Below, in pieces: positions 32,101 to 43,222 of a DNA stretch of 64,000 nucleotides. The DNA comes from Gammaproteobacteria bacterium (GTDB lineage Bacteria > Pseudomonadota > Gammaproteobacteria > Poriferisulfidales > Poriferisulfidaceae), in assembly GCA_028819565.1 (NCBI GenBank), contig JAPPLD010000018.1, forward strand, positions 28,927-92,926, given 5' to 3'. The position numbers and the translations under genes are program-made. The notes beneath the pieces are model-generated. The model was not told where the DNA came from and searched no databases. It saw only the letters and a list, made by a program, of their open reading frames with translations. The number at the start of each line of letters is the position of its first letter. The first letter of the stretch is position 1.

Positions 32101-32567
32101 ATCCGCGCAATGGTGAGGTAGCATTCCTTGATCTTGAGGATGACCAAGAGCGGCTGGAGATCGTCTCCCAGGATCCGAGACGTGCGAAGGATTTCGAGGT
32201 GGGAGACTTGGTGCTGGTCCAGGGCGAGGCCCGGGTTCAGCCGAAGGCGGAACGCGGCGAACGCCTCCGGATCCGGGCAAAATCACTTTATTCCCTGGAA
32301 CAGGTGAACCAGCACTGGGCGAGACGGGTGCACATCGTCCTCAACGGCGACAGCGGTCCGGACACGGTGCGTGCCATCAAGCAGGCATTGGCCGACCACC
32401 GGGGCGGCTGCGAGGTCAGCGTCGAATACGTGGGACAACAGGGCCCCAGCAAGTGGGTGCTGGACGAGGATTGGAGGGTTTCCGCGGACGAAGAGGCGCT
32501 GCAGGCGTTGCGGGGCGTAGCGGGCGTGGAATCGGCAAATGTCCTATACTCGCCGATTGACCCCTAG
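29100..32567 (+). CDS. dnaE: DNA polymerase III alpha subunit
   Basis: FVHLHLHTEYS, GPGRGSGAGS, SMPDFDIDF, YGFNKSHS; ATG 29100. Confidence 0.98.
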   Translation: MSFVHLHLHTEYSLDDGLVRIDPLMERAAELAMPAVALTDRNNLFAAVKFYKTALNYGIKPILGAEIDLEIPVMHDRSARTVLLCQNQDGYRNLCQLLSDRYRKGSDQILRKDLAKCSEGLIALSGGVAGDLGQAMIAENHRAASAALEYWKRHFPERFYLEVTKTDREHEEDFLQFALECVSEHDLPMVATNDVRFLSSEDFEAHEVRVCIRSQQRVNDPDRAREYSKEQHLRSEIVMREAFESYPEALENTGQIAVRCNCRLDLGRTLLPAFPTPDGESMDDYLDRLAHEGLTRRLERLETSGRMVGPESDYRERLEHELGVIHQTGFSGYFVIVADFVEWARDNDIPVGPGRGSGAGSLVAYALGITGLDPLRYGLLFERFLNPARVSMPDFDIDFCNQNRDRVIEYVRKRYGEDSVAQIITYGTMAAKAAIRDVGRVLGAPYNYCDRIARAVPNELGITLAKAYQDSPEFRELVSHPEDTTGAHLYEVALQLEGVVRNASRHAAGVVIAPGALTDFTPLYFEARQPDVAITQFDMKDVEAIGLTKFDFLGLRTVTLLHQCLGTVNAHRESRGEPQLDLDTLPLDDPDTYELLQRAQTMEVFQLESAGMRDLLIRMGPDCFDDLVALVALYRPGPLNSKMDIEYIQCKHDPSRVSYLHPDLEPILAPTFGVILYQEQVMQIARELAGYSLGETDLLRRAMGKKKPEEMAEHTERFQKGAAEHGLAPLVARKIFDLMKEFAGYGFNKSHSVAYALLAYQSAWFKTHHPDAFMAAAMSSEIDDTDKLALLCKEARELELTLKGPDVNESDYYFTVPAEGEIRYGLGAIKGVGQGLVARLVEERGETPFASLEDLCHRLDTRDYSERDLRALIHAGALDGFDASRRAMAEAAGRFKTQAQRVQSDRDVGQDSLFAQEPAAEFCALPQAEEEYETSERLAYEFEALGLYFSGHPFLQYRQQVTQVVTQSLSQVRQAAEEAVEAGRGRSWEIRTAGVVMKISYPRNGEVAFLDLEDDQERLEIVSQDPRRAKDFEVGDLVLVQGEARVQPKAERGERLRIRAKSLYSLEQVNQHWARRVHIVLNGDSGPDTVRAIKQALADHRGGCEVSVEYVGQQGPSKWVLDEDWRVSADEEALQALRGVAGVESANVLYSPIDP

Positions 32568-32579
32568 TTTTTCGCCGCC

Positions 32580-33536
32580 ATGAACCCGGATTTTCTCGAC
32601 TTCGAACAGCCGATCGCCGAACTGGACGCAAAGATCCGCGAACTCCGCCACATGGGGGCGGAGAGCGACCTGGATCTCGACACAGAGATCGAGCGCCTGC
32701 AAGGCCGCAGGCGGGCGCTGGCCGAGGACATTTTCTCCAACCTGTCAGCCTGGCAGGTCACGCAACTGGCCCGCCATCCGCAGCGTCCCTACACTCGCGA
32801 CTACCTGCCGCACCTGTTCAGCGAGTTCCATGAACTGCACGGCGATCAGGCGTATGCGGACGATCAGGCCATCCTGGCCGGGATGGCGCGCCTGGACAGC
32901 ACGCCTGTCATGGTGATCGGGCACCAGAAAGGCCGGGACACCAAGGAGAAGCTGGAACACAACTTCGGCATGCCGCGGCCGGAGGGCTACCGCAAGGCGC
33001 GCCGCCTGATGCAGATGGCGGAGCGTTTCCGGATGCCGATCATCACGTTCATCGACACGCCGGGCGCATACCCAGGCATTGGAGCAGAGGAACGCGGGCA
33101 GAGCGAGGCCATTGCCCGAAACTTGGAAGTCATGGCCGAATTGAGGGTGCCGATCATGAGTGTCGTGATTGGTGAGGGCGGTTCCGGCGGCGCACTGGCG
33201 ATCGGCGTTAGCGATCACCTGATGATGCTGCAGTACAGCATTTATTCGGTAATTTCCCCGGAAGGCTGCTCGTCCATTCTCTGGAAGAGCGCCGAAAAGG
33301 CGCAAGAGGCTGCCGAGGCCCTGGGCCTGACGTCGGAGCGCCTCAAGCAGCTTGAATTGATCGACGAAATCGTGGAGGAACCGCTGGGCGGTGCGCACCG
33401 TGACCTGGAGGCAATGTCTGCCACCCTGAAGCAGGCGTTGGCGAAGGGCTTGGCGGAACTCGGAGCCCTGGATCCGGTAGCGCTGGTTGACCGTCGGGAG
33501 GACCGGTTGCTGCAGGTCGGGATGTACCAGACATGA
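32580..33536 (+). CDS. accA: Acetyl-CoA carboxylase carboxyltransferase alpha
   Basis: [31 protein letters not shown]. Confidence 0.98.
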   Translation: MNPDFLDFEQPIAELDAKIRELRHMGAESDLDLDTEIERLQGRRRALAEDIFSNLSAWQVTQLARHPQRPYTRDYLPHLFSEFHELHGDQAYADDQAILAGMARLDSTPVMVIGHQKGRDTKEKLEHNFGMPRPEGYRKARRLMQMAERFRMPIITFIDTPGAYPGIGAEERGQSEAIARNLEVMAELRVPIMSVVIGEGGSGGALAIGVSDHLMMLQYSIYSVISPEGCSSILWKSAEKAQEAAEALGLTSERLKQLELIDEIVEEPLGGAHRDLEAMSATLKQALAKGLAELGALDPVALVDRREDRLLQVGMYQT

Positions 33537-34798
33537 CGCCGTCCGCTCTTGCCGTCGCGAAAGCCCTGGAGGCGCTGCCGGAACTCTGTCCCGGCGTGCG
33601 GACTTGGGTCGTGGCCTACAGTGGGGGCCGGGACTCGACCGCACTGTTGCATGCCACGCGCGCGTTTGCCGCGCAGCGCGGTGATGCGGTTCGGGCGGTG
33701 CACGTCAACCACGGGCTTCAGCCTGCGGCCCGGGACTTCGAACAACACTGCGCGGCAGTCTGCCGCGAGTGGGAAATTCCACTGGAGCGGATGCAACGGG
33801 AGGCAGATCCGACCCCCGGACTAGGCCCGGAGGCGCAGGCACGCGAGATCCGCTACCAGGCATTGCGTCGGCACGCGCGTCGCGGGGTTGCGATCCTGCT
33901 GGCGCACCACCGGGACGACCAGGCGGAAACCCTGCTGCTGCAGTTGCTGCGGGGCGCCGGCGTGGCCGGGACCGCCGCCATGCCATTGTGCCGGGACTGG
34001 GGAGAAGGGAAACTCGTGCGCCCGCTGCTGGACGTGTCACGCCAAGAGATCGAAGACTATGTCCGCGGTCACCGTTTGACGTTCATGGAGGATCCAAGCA
34101 ACTTCGATACCGGAATCGAGCGCAACTTCCTGCGCCGCGAGGTGCTGCCTCTGCTGGAGGAACGCTGGCCTTCGGCATCGCAAACATTGGCCCGCTCGAC
34201 CCGGCATCATGCACACGCCGCGCGCCTGCTGCAAGAGCGCGCCGAACAGGACTTGGGCGACGCAGACACGATCGAGGTGGAATTCCTGGCCTCGCTCTCG
34301 CAGGACCGGCAGATCAACCTGGTGCGCTTCTGGATTGCCCGACAGGGGTTTCCGGTTCCAAGCGAACGGCGGCTTTCGCGGTGGCTGGACACGGTGCATG
34401 CCGCCGGCACCGACCGCGTGCCGGCGGATATCTTCGAGACCTACCGGATGTACCGTTGGCGCGGCCATCTGCATCTTGTGCCTCGGCTGCCAGTCGTCCC
34501 GGAGGGGCAGTGCTGGCACTGGCGCCGGGGGGAAGCGCTGGTTCTTCCGGAATTGGATCTGGAGTTGCGCTGGGAGTCGCTGCAGGCGCAACTGGGCGAG
34601 GAGGTCGAAACGGACCTTGAAGTGCGCCTGCGTACAGGCGGGGAACGCTGCCGACCCGAAGGCCGGCAACATCGCCATTCATTGAAAAAACTGCTACAGG
34701 AAGCGGGTGTTCCGCCGTGGCGCCGCGGTCGGATCCCGCTGGTCTACCAGCACGCGAATCTCCGGTTGGTCTGGGATCATTTCGCGTGCCGGCCGTAG
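33533..34798 (+). CDS. tilS: tRNA(Ile)-lysidine synthase
   Basis: [29 protein letters not shown]. Confidence 0.96.
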   Translation: MTPSALAVAKALEALPELCPGVRTWVVAYSGGRDSTALLHATRAFAAQRGDAVRAVHVNHGLQPAARDFEQHCAAVCREWEIPLERMQREADPTPGLGPEAQAREIRYQALRRHARRGVAILLAHHRDDQAETLLLQLLRGAGVAGTAAMPLCRDWGEGKLVRPLLDVSRQEIEDYVRGHRLTFMEDPSNFDTGIERNFLRREVLPLLEERWPSASQTLARSTRHHAHAARLLQERAEQDLGDADTIEVEFLASLSQDRQINLVRFWIARQGFPVPSERRLSRWLDTVHAAGTDRVPADIFETYRMYRWRGHLHLVPRLPVVPEGQCWHWRRGEALVLPELDLELRWESLQAQLGEEVETDLEVRLRTGGERCRPEGRQHRHSLKKLLQEAGVPPWRRGRIPLVYQHANLRLVWDHFACRP

Positions 34799-34814
34799 CA
34801 GCCAGGGATCGGGG

Positions 34815-34997
34815 CTACTTGCTGGAAATCCCGAATATCTTATAGACTGGGCAGTTCCCGACTAGGCCGGTCACCAGCGGGATTAATCCCAGCCATGCCC
34901 ACCAGGCCGCGTCGTACATCTCCAGTCCGACATACAGGATCACGACTCCGGCAACCACCCGAAGGACGCGTTCCACGATATGCACGTTAACTGTCAT
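34815..34997 (-). CDS. DUF2892 (YgaP-like) small membrane protein
   Basis: NV...ERVLR, two TM helices, TGLVGNCPVYKIFGIS; GAGGAGG upstream. Confidence 0.85.
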   Translation of the reverse strand: MTVNVHIVERVLRVVAGVVILYVGLEMYDAAWWAWLGLIPLVTGLVGNCPVYKIFGISSK

Positions 34998-35104
34998 GAT
35001 GTTCCCTCCTCTTGGAGTAATTTTCATGCCCGTCATGCGGACATGAACTCAGTATACTCTTGGACGGAATTTTTGCAGAAGCGTTCCGTTCGACACCTCC
35101 CTGA

Positions 35105-36772
<1,668 letters not shown>

Positions 36773-36773
36773 C

Positions 36774-37601
36774 GTGCCGGTGTTCTGCGATTTTCAGGCG
36801 GGAGTCCGCCAGCCGCTGTTCCTGATTTCCGGGCCGTGCGTGATCGAGAGCGAGGCTTTGGCGATGCAGGTGGCCGAACACTTGGTCAAAGCGACCCAGC
36901 AGCTCGGCATGCGCTACGTGTTCAAGGCGTCGTTCGACAAGGCCAACCGTACCAGTGGCGGCAGTTTCCGCGGTCCGGGCATGGAGGAAGGGTTGCGCAT
37001 CCTGGAACAGGTACGCACGCAGTTCGACGTCCCGGTCCTCACGGACGTCCACGAGGACACGCCGGTGGACGAGGTGGCGGCGGTAGTGGATGTGCTGCAG
37101 ACGCCGGCGTTCCTGTGCCGGCAGACCAACTACATCGCGCGGGTGGCGGCGGCCGGGCGTCCGGTCAACCTCAAGAAGGGCCAATTCCTTTCCCCTTGGG
37201 AGATGAGCCAGGTGGTGGCCAAGGCGCGTGAGGTCGGCGGGGAGGACCTGCTGGTTTGCGAGCGCGGGGCCAGTTTCGGCTACAACAACCTGGTCTCTGA
37301 CATGCGCGCGCTGACGATCCTGCGCGAAACCGGTTGCCCGGTCGTGTTCGATGCCACGCATTCGGTGCAGTTGCCGGGTGCGGGCGGCGGTGTTTCAGGC
37401 GGTCAGCGGGAATTCGTGCCGACCTTGGCGCGGGCGGCGGTAGGCGTTGGCGTGGCTGGATTGTTCATGGAGACTCACCCAGACCCTGATCAGGCGCTCA
37501 GCGACGGGGCGAACGCCTGGCCTATGTCTGAGATGGAACCGCTTCTACAGGTTCTTCTGGAACTCGACGAAGTCGCCAAGCGGAACTTGCCGCAGGACTG
37601 A
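36774..37601 (+). CDS. kdsA: KDO 8-phosphate synthase
   Basis: [31 protein letters not shown]. Confidence 0.97.
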   Translation: MPVFCDFQAGVRQPLFLISGPCVIESEALAMQVAEHLVKATQQLGMRYVFKASFDKANRTSGGSFRGPGMEEGLRILEQVRTQFDVPVLTDVHEDTPVDEVAAVVDVLQTPAFLCRQTNYIARVAAAGRPVNLKKGQFLSPWEMSQVVAKAREVGGEDLLVCERGASFGYNNLVSDMRALTILRETGCPVVFDATHSVQLPGAGGGVSGGQREFVPTLARAAVGVGVAGLFMETHPDPDQALSDGANAWPMSEMEPLLQVLLELDEVAKRNLPQD

Positions 37602-37607
37602 AGCCCC

Positions 37608-38990
37608 CTACAGCAGCAGTGCGGTTCCCAGGCCGAGGAACGCCACAAATCCGACCACGTCCGTCACGGTCGTCAGGAGCACGCCGCCGGCCAGTGCCGG
37701 ATCGATATTCAGGCGCCGCAGAGTCGGCGGCAGCAGTACGCCTGTCAGCGCTGCGAACACCATGTTGGCGATCAGCGCCAGCGCGATGACCGCACCGATC
37801 ATCCAGGTATCGAACCACAGCCCGGCAACCAGCGCGACCACGCCGCACCAGACCAGGCTGTTGACCAACCCGACGCCGAGTTCCTTGAGCAGCAGGGCCC
37901 GCACGTTTTGTGAGCTGACTTGGCCGAGCGCTATTCCCCGGATGACCAGGATCAGGGTCTGGCTGCCGGCAATGCCGCCCATGCTGGCGACGATGGGCAT
38001 CAGCACGGCCAGCGCCACCACGCGCTCCAGGGTGTCCTGGAACAGCCCGATGGCGGCCGCAGCGATGAAGGCCGTGACTAGGTTGACGCCGAGCCAGACC
38101 GCACGCCGCCGCGAGGCGGACAGCACCGAATCAAACAGGTCTTCGTCTTCGCTCAGTCCGACGTAGCTGTGCAGCGTTTCCACGCCTTCGTCGCGGATTA
38201 CGTCCACCACGTCGTCCACCGTGATCCGGCCAAGCAGCAGGTTGTTCTCGTCTACTACAGCCGCCGACACCAGGTCGCGATCCTCGAAGACCGCGGCGAC
38301 CGCGCCGTCTGGCATTTCCGCCGGAATCGGCGGTCGGTCGGATTCCATCACCTCGCCGACCAGGGTGTCCGGATCGTGTAGCAGCAGGGCGGTGATTGGC
38401 AGGACGCCGCGATAGTGTTCGAATCGGTCCACCACCATCAGCACGTCGGTGTGGCTCGGGATGCTCTCGTGCCGGCGCAGATAGCGCAGTACCACTTCCA
38501 GCGTGACGTCTGCGCGCACCGTGATCACGCTGGTGTCCATCAACCCGCCGGCGGTGTCCTCGTCGTAGGTCAGGACCGCCTCCAGCCGCGAGCGGTACTG
38601 CTGATCCATGTCGTTGAGGATCTGCGAGCTGACGGCCTCCGGGAGATCGGCCAGCAGGTCCGCCAGGTCGTCGATGTCCAGGCCCTCGGTCGCGCTGACC
38701 AGGGCGTCCTCGTCCATTTCGCCGATCAGGGAAACGCGGACCTCGTCGCCGACCTCGAGCAGGACTTCGCCGTCGTGCTCGTGGTCCAGCATGCCCCAGA
38801 CGATGAAGCGCTGGGCGCGCGGCAGGGACTCCAGCAGTTGCGCGACCTCGGCTGGATGCAGTGCCCGCAGCATCTTGCGGACCGTCTGCATGGTGCCGGA
38901 ATTCAGGGCCTCGGCCAATGCCGTGACCTGCTCGCTCGGCGTCGGCACGGGCGGTTGGACAGGCGGCGGGGTAGGGACGGCGGCAGTCAT
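37608..38990 (-). CDS. mgtE: Magnesium transporter MgtE
   Basis: N-domain, CBS pair, PIVASMGGIAGSQ, DPALAGGVLLTTVTDVVG. Confidence 0.95.
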   Translation of the reverse strand: MTAAVPTPPPVQPPVPTPSEQVTALAEALNSGTMQTVRKMLRALHPAEVAQLLESLPRAQRFIVWGMLDHEHDGEVLLEVGDEVRVSLIGEMDEDALVSATEGLDIDDLADLLADLPEAVSSQILNDMDQQYRSRLEAVLTYDEDTAGGLMDTSVITVRADVTLEVVLRYLRRHESIPSHTDVLMVVDRFEHYRGVLPITALLLHDPDTLVGEVMESDRPPIPAEMPDGAVAAVFEDRDLVSAAVVDENNLLLGRITVDDVVDVIRDEGVETLHSYVGLSEDEDLFDSVLSASRRRAVWLGVNLVTAFIAAAAIGLFQDTLERVVALAVLMPIVASMGGIAGSQTLILVIRGIALGQVSSQNVRALLLKELGVGLVNSLVWCGVVALVAGLWFDTWMIGAVIALALIANMVFAALTGVLLPPTLRRLNIDPALAGGVLLTTVTDVVGFVAFLGLGTALLL

Positions 38991-39056
38991 GTGAGGCGGG
39001 GCAAATAAACGTTCAGGGCCTCGGCAAAGTCCCGGTGCTGGCGGTGGGTTTGGCGC

Positions 39057-40796
39057 TCAGGCCTTCGCCAGGGCCTCGACCATCCCGTGGATCTTTTCCG
39101 GCTGCGGGCAGTTCAGGATCTCTTGGCACTGCTTCTGCAGTGTTTCGGACGAAACGTGGTTAATGATCTGCTTGATTTCGAGCAGGGAACCCGGGTGCGT
39201 ACTGAATTCGCGCAGGCCGAGCCCGACCAACAACCGGGTCAGGCGCGGATTGCTGGCCATTTCGCCGCACATGCTGACTGGTGTGCCGGCCTGTTTGCCG
39301 GCCTGGATCGTGTGGTGGATCAGGAATAGCACGGCCGGGTGCAGCGGGTCAAACAGGTAGTGGACTTGGTCGTCGACCCGATCGATGGCCAGCGTGTACT
39401 GGATCAGGTCGTTGGTCCCGATCGACAGGAAATCCAAATGATGGGCGAAGACACTGGCAGAGATGGCGGCGGCCGGCACCTCGATCATGCCCCCGATCTT
39501 GATTTCCGGGTCGTATGCGGCGCCTTCGGATCCCAGTTTCTCCATGCAGTCGCGGATCAGGGCCAGGCTCTGCGACAGCTCAGAACTGTTGGTGAGCATC
39601 GGCAGCATGACGTGGACGGGCCCGTGCGCGGAGGCGCGCAGGATCGCACGCAGTTGTGCCATGAAGACAGGCTTATTCTGCAGGGACCGCCGGATTGCAC
39701 GCAGGCCGAGGGCAGGGTTCGGCGCGATCGCGCCTTCGTAGTCCGGGTCGAATTCCTTGTCGGCACCCAGGTCCAGGGTGCGGATGGTCAGTGGCTTGCC
39801 GTCCAGCGCGACCACCAGGTCCCGGTACACCTCGTACTGTTCGTCGGTGCTGGCGCCTTCAGGGCGGTCGAGGTAGAAGAACTCGGTGCGGTACAGCCCG
39901 ACGCCTTCCGCTTGAACCTCGTGCACATGGGGAATCTCTTCGATCAGGTCGATGTTGCATTTCAACGTGACTGATTGTTTGTCGCGCGTGATGGTCGGCT
40001 TGTCGCGCAGCGCCATCAACTTTTCCACGCGCTCCTGCTCCGCACGCTGGTACTCCCGGTACTGGTCGACCAGCCAGTTCGCGTCGTCGGCGCACAGGAT
40101 AGTGCCGCCGTGTCCGTCGATCAGCACGAGCTCGCCGTCTTCCAGCAGCATGCCCGCGTCGTGCAGGCCGACTACCGCCGGAATCTGCAGGCTGCGGGCC
40201 AGGATGGCGGTGTGCGACATGGAACTGCCGAACTGGGTGACGAAGGCGGCGACATTCTGGTGCTGGATCAGCACGGTGTCGGCCGGCGTCAGGTCGTCCG
40301 CGACCACGATGCGGCCGGTCAGGTCGCGTTCCTGGACTTCGGCCGTGCCCTCTTCGGTCTCGCTCAGATTCTCCTGTACCTTGCGGATGACATGCTGCAC
40401 GTCGTTCTTGCGCGTGCGCAGGTAGGCATCCTCCATGCTGTCGAACACAGCAACCAGTTGCTCCAGAGTGTCCTCCAACGCCCACTCGGCGTTGCAGCTC
40501 TGGGCGCGGATGGTCTCCGCGGGCATGTCCACAAGCATGGCGTCATCCAGCATCAGCAGGTGGGCGTCGAGGAAACCGGTCACTTCCTGGCGCATTTTTT
40601 CGGGCACCATGTCGCGCACTTCGCGCAACTGCTTGCGGGATTCCTCCAGCGCCTCGTTCAGGCGCTCGATCTCGGATTCGATCTGATCTGACTCCAGGGT
40701 GCGCTTCGAAATATGGGTCTCACCACGCTTGAGGACGTGAACCCAGCCCTGAGTAATGCCTCGGGAGACCCCGATGCCATTGATGATCATGGGCAT
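39057..40796 (-). CDS. ptsI: PTS enzyme I (no GAF domain)
   Basis: SHTAILARS phospho-His, GLYRTEF, NPALGLRAIR, SIGTNDLIQY, MCGEMA. Confidence 0.93.
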   Translation of the reverse strand: MPMIINGIGVSRGITQGWVHVLKRGETHISKRTLESDQIESEIERLNEALEESRKQLREVRDMVPEKMRQEVTGFLDAHLLMLDDAMLVDMPAETIRAQSCNAEWALEDTLEQLVAVFDSMEDAYLRTRKNDVQHVIRKVQENLSETEEGTAEVQERDLTGRIVVADDLTPADTVLIQHQNVAAFVTQFGSSMSHTAILARSLQIPAVVGLHDAGMLLEDGELVLIDGHGGTILCADDANWLVDQYREYQRAEQERVEKLMALRDKPTITRDKQSVTLKCNIDLIEEIPHVHEVQAEGVGLYRTEFFYLDRPEGASTDEQYEVYRDLVVALDGKPLTIRTLDLGADKEFDPDYEGAIAPNPALGLRAIRRSLQNKPVFMAQLRAILRASAHGPVHVMLPMLTNSSELSQSLALIRDCMEKLGSEGAAYDPEIKIGGMIEVPAAAISASVFAHHLDFLSIGTNDLIQYTLAIDRVDDQVHYLFDPLHPAVLFLIHHTIQAGKQAGTPVSMCGEMASNPRLTRLLVGLGLREFSTHPGSLLEIKQIINHVSSETLQKQCQEILNCPQPEKIHGMVEALAKA

Positions 40797-41068
40797 GGTT
40801 CAGCGCCTTCTCCAAATCCGCTTTCAAACAGGGCAACGAGGGCCTGCATGGCCTCTTCCTCGTCCGGGCCGCTGGTGAACAGCTGCACCGGGGTGCCGTG
40901 GGTGGCCGCCAGCATCATGATGCTCATGATGCTTTTGGCGTTGGCCCGCTTGCCTTCTTTTTCGATTTCCATTTGCGCCTGGTACTGGCTCGCTTCGCTG
41001 ACCAGCTTGGCGGCGGCCCGCGCGTGCAGCCCGAGCTTATTGACGACAGTAGCGTTTTTTTCGATCAT
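40787..41068 (-). CDS. ptsH: HPr/NPr phosphocarrier
   Basis: NKLGLHARAA, KSIMSIMML (Ser46 motif). Confidence 0.9.
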   Translation of the reverse strand: MIEKNATVVNKLGLHARAAAKLVSEASQYQAQMEIEKEGKRANAKSIMSIMMLAATHGTPVQLFTSGPDEEEAMQALVALFESGFGEGAEPCP

Positions 41069-41466
41069 TCGGACTCTCCCGCTTCGATGATGATGCCGAT
41101 GCGGCCGTTGGTGGCCAGGCTTTCGGCAAGTTGACTTCGGCTGCGTTGCTGCAGGTTGAACAGCTTCACGACCATCGGCAAATTGATGCCGGAGACGAGG
41201 GTGGTTTCCGGATATTCGCGCATCAGCCGCTTCGCCAGGTTGTACGGCGTGGCGCCGTACAGGTCGGACAGGATCAGCAGTCCGTCCTTGCAGTCCAACG
41301 ATGCATAGAGCTCCCGGAGTTCGGCGAGGGCGGCGTCCAGGTCGCAGTCCTCAATGACTCCGTAGCAGGCCAGATTTTCCGGGGGGCGCGCGAAAATTCG
41401 CGACGCGACGTCCACCAGCTGCTGACCCAGCTGGTGATGCGTGATTGTCAGCATGCCTACGCTCAT
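41065..41466 (-). CDS. PTS EIIA mannose/fructose-type component
   Basis: ITH, DLYGATP, SGINLPMV. Confidence 0.88.
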   Translation of the reverse strand: MSVGMLTITHHQLGQQLVDVASRIFARPPENLACYGVIEDCDLDAALAELRELYASLDCKDGLLILSDLYGATPYNLAKRLMREYPETTLVSGINLPMVVKLFNLQQRSRSQLAESLATNGRIGIIIEAGESE

Positions 41467-42329
41467 GGTTGGGCCTCCATGTCCCGGTGCAGCACGGTGA
41501 TCTGCAGGGTGGAGCTGTCCGAAAACAATTCGGCCAGTTGTTCCACCAGGTAGACCGAGCGGTGCTGTCCGCCGGTGCAGCCGATCGAGATGTTCAGGTA
41601 ATGCCGCCCCGCCTCGACGAAGGAGGGGATCCAGTGATCCAGAAACTTCTTCAGGTCTTCAAGCATGGCGGCGGCCTGTGGCTGATTCGAAAGATAGTCG
41701 CGAACCGCGGGATCCGTGCCGTTGAGCGCGCGCAATTCGTCCACCCAGTGCGGGTTTGGCAGGCAGCGCGAATCGAACACAAAGTCCGAATCGCTCGGCA
41801 CCCCGCTCCGGTAGGCGAAGGATTGTAGCAATACTGACAATGGGGCGCGATCGAGCTTCAGGCGTTGACGCAACAGGTTGCGCAGTTCATGGACGTTAGT
41901 GCGGGAGGTGTCCAGGCGCAGATCGGCCAGGTTGGCGATCGCTGCAAGGCATTCCCGTTCCTGCCGCACTGCCTCGCGCAGGGTTGGAACCCGGTCGGCC
42001 AACGGGTGCCGACGGCGCGTATCGTTGAAGCGTCGGATCAGGGTATCTTCGTCGGAGTCGAGGAACATGACGGTGATATCGCAAGGCAATTCCCGGATCT
42101 GTTCTAGGATGGACGGGAGCCGGTCCAGGTCTTTCGGCAGCGCGCGGGCGTCCATGCCGATGGCGGCCTGCTTCGGATAGTGCGAATCCGGTTGCATTAG
42201 CAGTTCCACGTATTCCAGCAGGAGGGTTGGCGGCATGTTGTCGACGCAATGCGCGCCGAAGTCCTCCAGCGTGTCCAACGCCACCGACTTTCCCGAGCCC
42301 GACAGGCCGCTGACGATGACGAGCTGCAT
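41463..42329 (-). CDS. rapZ: RNase adaptor RapZ
   Basis: SGLSGSGKS, RFNDTRRRHPL, IGCTGGQHRSV. Confidence 0.96.
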   Translation of the reverse strand: MQLVIVSGLSGSGKSVALDTLEDFGAHCVDNMPPTLLLEYVELLMQPDSHYPKQAAIGMDARALPKDLDRLPSILEQIRELPCDITVMFLDSDEDTLIRRFNDTRRRHPLADRVPTLREAVRQERECLAAIANLADLRLDTSRTNVHELRNLLRQRLKLDRAPLSVLLQSFAYRSGVPSDSDFVFDSRCLPNPHWVDELRALNGTDPAVRDYLSNQPQAAAMLEDLKKFLDHWIPSFVEAGRHYLNISIGCTGGQHRSVYLVEQLAELFSDSSTLQITVLHRDMEAQP

Positions 42330-42332
42330 GGT

Positions 42333-42785
42333 TCAGGGCTGGGAGAGGGCCGCCAGCAGTGGTTCGGGCTGGCGGGAGGCACGCAACGTCTTGAGGTGCT
42401 CGGGCGAGTCCAGGATCTCCGCCAGTTCCTTTAGGTATTGCAGGTGGATGTCCTCGGCTTCGCTCGGTACCGCCAGCGCCACGAACACGTCAACCGGCTG
42501 CCCGTCGACCGCGTCGAAATCCACGCCCTTGGTCAGGGTCAGGATGGCGGCAGAGCTATGTGTCCCGTCGGGTATCCGGCAATGCGGGATGGCGACCCCG
42601 CCACCAAGTCCGGTGCTGCCGAGGCGCTCGCGCGCGGTCAGCAGGTCCAGCAGTGTGCGGGAACCGGTCGTTTCCAGACCTCCGGCCAGTGCCGTGCTCA
42701 GGACTTCGAGCGCACGCTTCTTGCTGCCGATTTGCTGCAGCAGCAGGAGGCTGTCGGGGCGCAGCAAATCCAGGATGCCTCGCAT
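42333..42785 (-). CDS. ptsN: PTS EIIA-Ntr
   Basis: SKKRALE, RERLGSTGLGGGVAIPHCR, FDAVDGQPVD. Confidence 0.92.
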   Translation of the reverse strand: MRGILDLLRPDSLLLLQQIGSKKRALEVLSTALAGGLETTGSRTLLDLLTARERLGSTGLGGGVAIPHCRIPDGTHSSAAILTLTKGVDFDAVDGQPVDVFVALAVPSEAEDIHLQYLKELAEILDSPEHLKTLRASRQPEPLLAALSQP

Positions 42786-42792
42786 GGCCGCC

Positions 42793-43113
42793 TCAGTTCA
42801 GCTGATGGTGGGTAATCTGGCTCTGATGGTGGTCTTTGCGTTTTTCCTTGTACTTGAGGATCTGTCGATCCAACTTCCCGGTCAGCGTGTCGATCGCTGC
42901 ATACATGTCGCTGTGTTCGGCGCGTGCGTGCATGTGGTGGCCCCGGACGTGCATGGTGGCTTCCGCGCGATGCGTGTCGTGTTCGACCGCGAGCGTGATC
43001 TGGGTATTGATCACGTCATCGAAGTGACGGGTTAGACGTTTAAATTTGGTGTGGATGTAATCGCGGAGCGGAGAGGTGATTTCTAGGTGGTGTCCGGTGA
43101 GCTTCAAGTTCAT
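42793..43113 (-). CDS. hpf: Ribosome hibernation promoting factor (short HPF)
   Basis: MNLKLTGHHLEIT, DMYAAID...KLDRQ; GGAGG SD and minus-strand TATAAT at 43140-45. Confidence 0.93.
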   Translation of the reverse strand: MNLKLTGHHLEITSPLRDYIHTKFKRLTRHFDDVINTQITLAVEHDTHRAEATMHVRGHHMHARAEHSDMYAAIDTLTGKLDRQILKYKEKRKDHHQSQITHHQLN

Positions 43114-43222
43114 AACAATACTTCCTCCGTAGCCCATCCATTATATACAGAGGGGAAGGGGTCTGGACACCCGGGTTGGAATCCGTCTGGGGTAGACTAT
43201 GAGCCATTTTGGAATGTGTCCA

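Noticed and set aside
37595-37615. kdsA not followed by eno; converges on mgtE
   Set aside because: An ordinary rearrangement breakpoint with no associated element.
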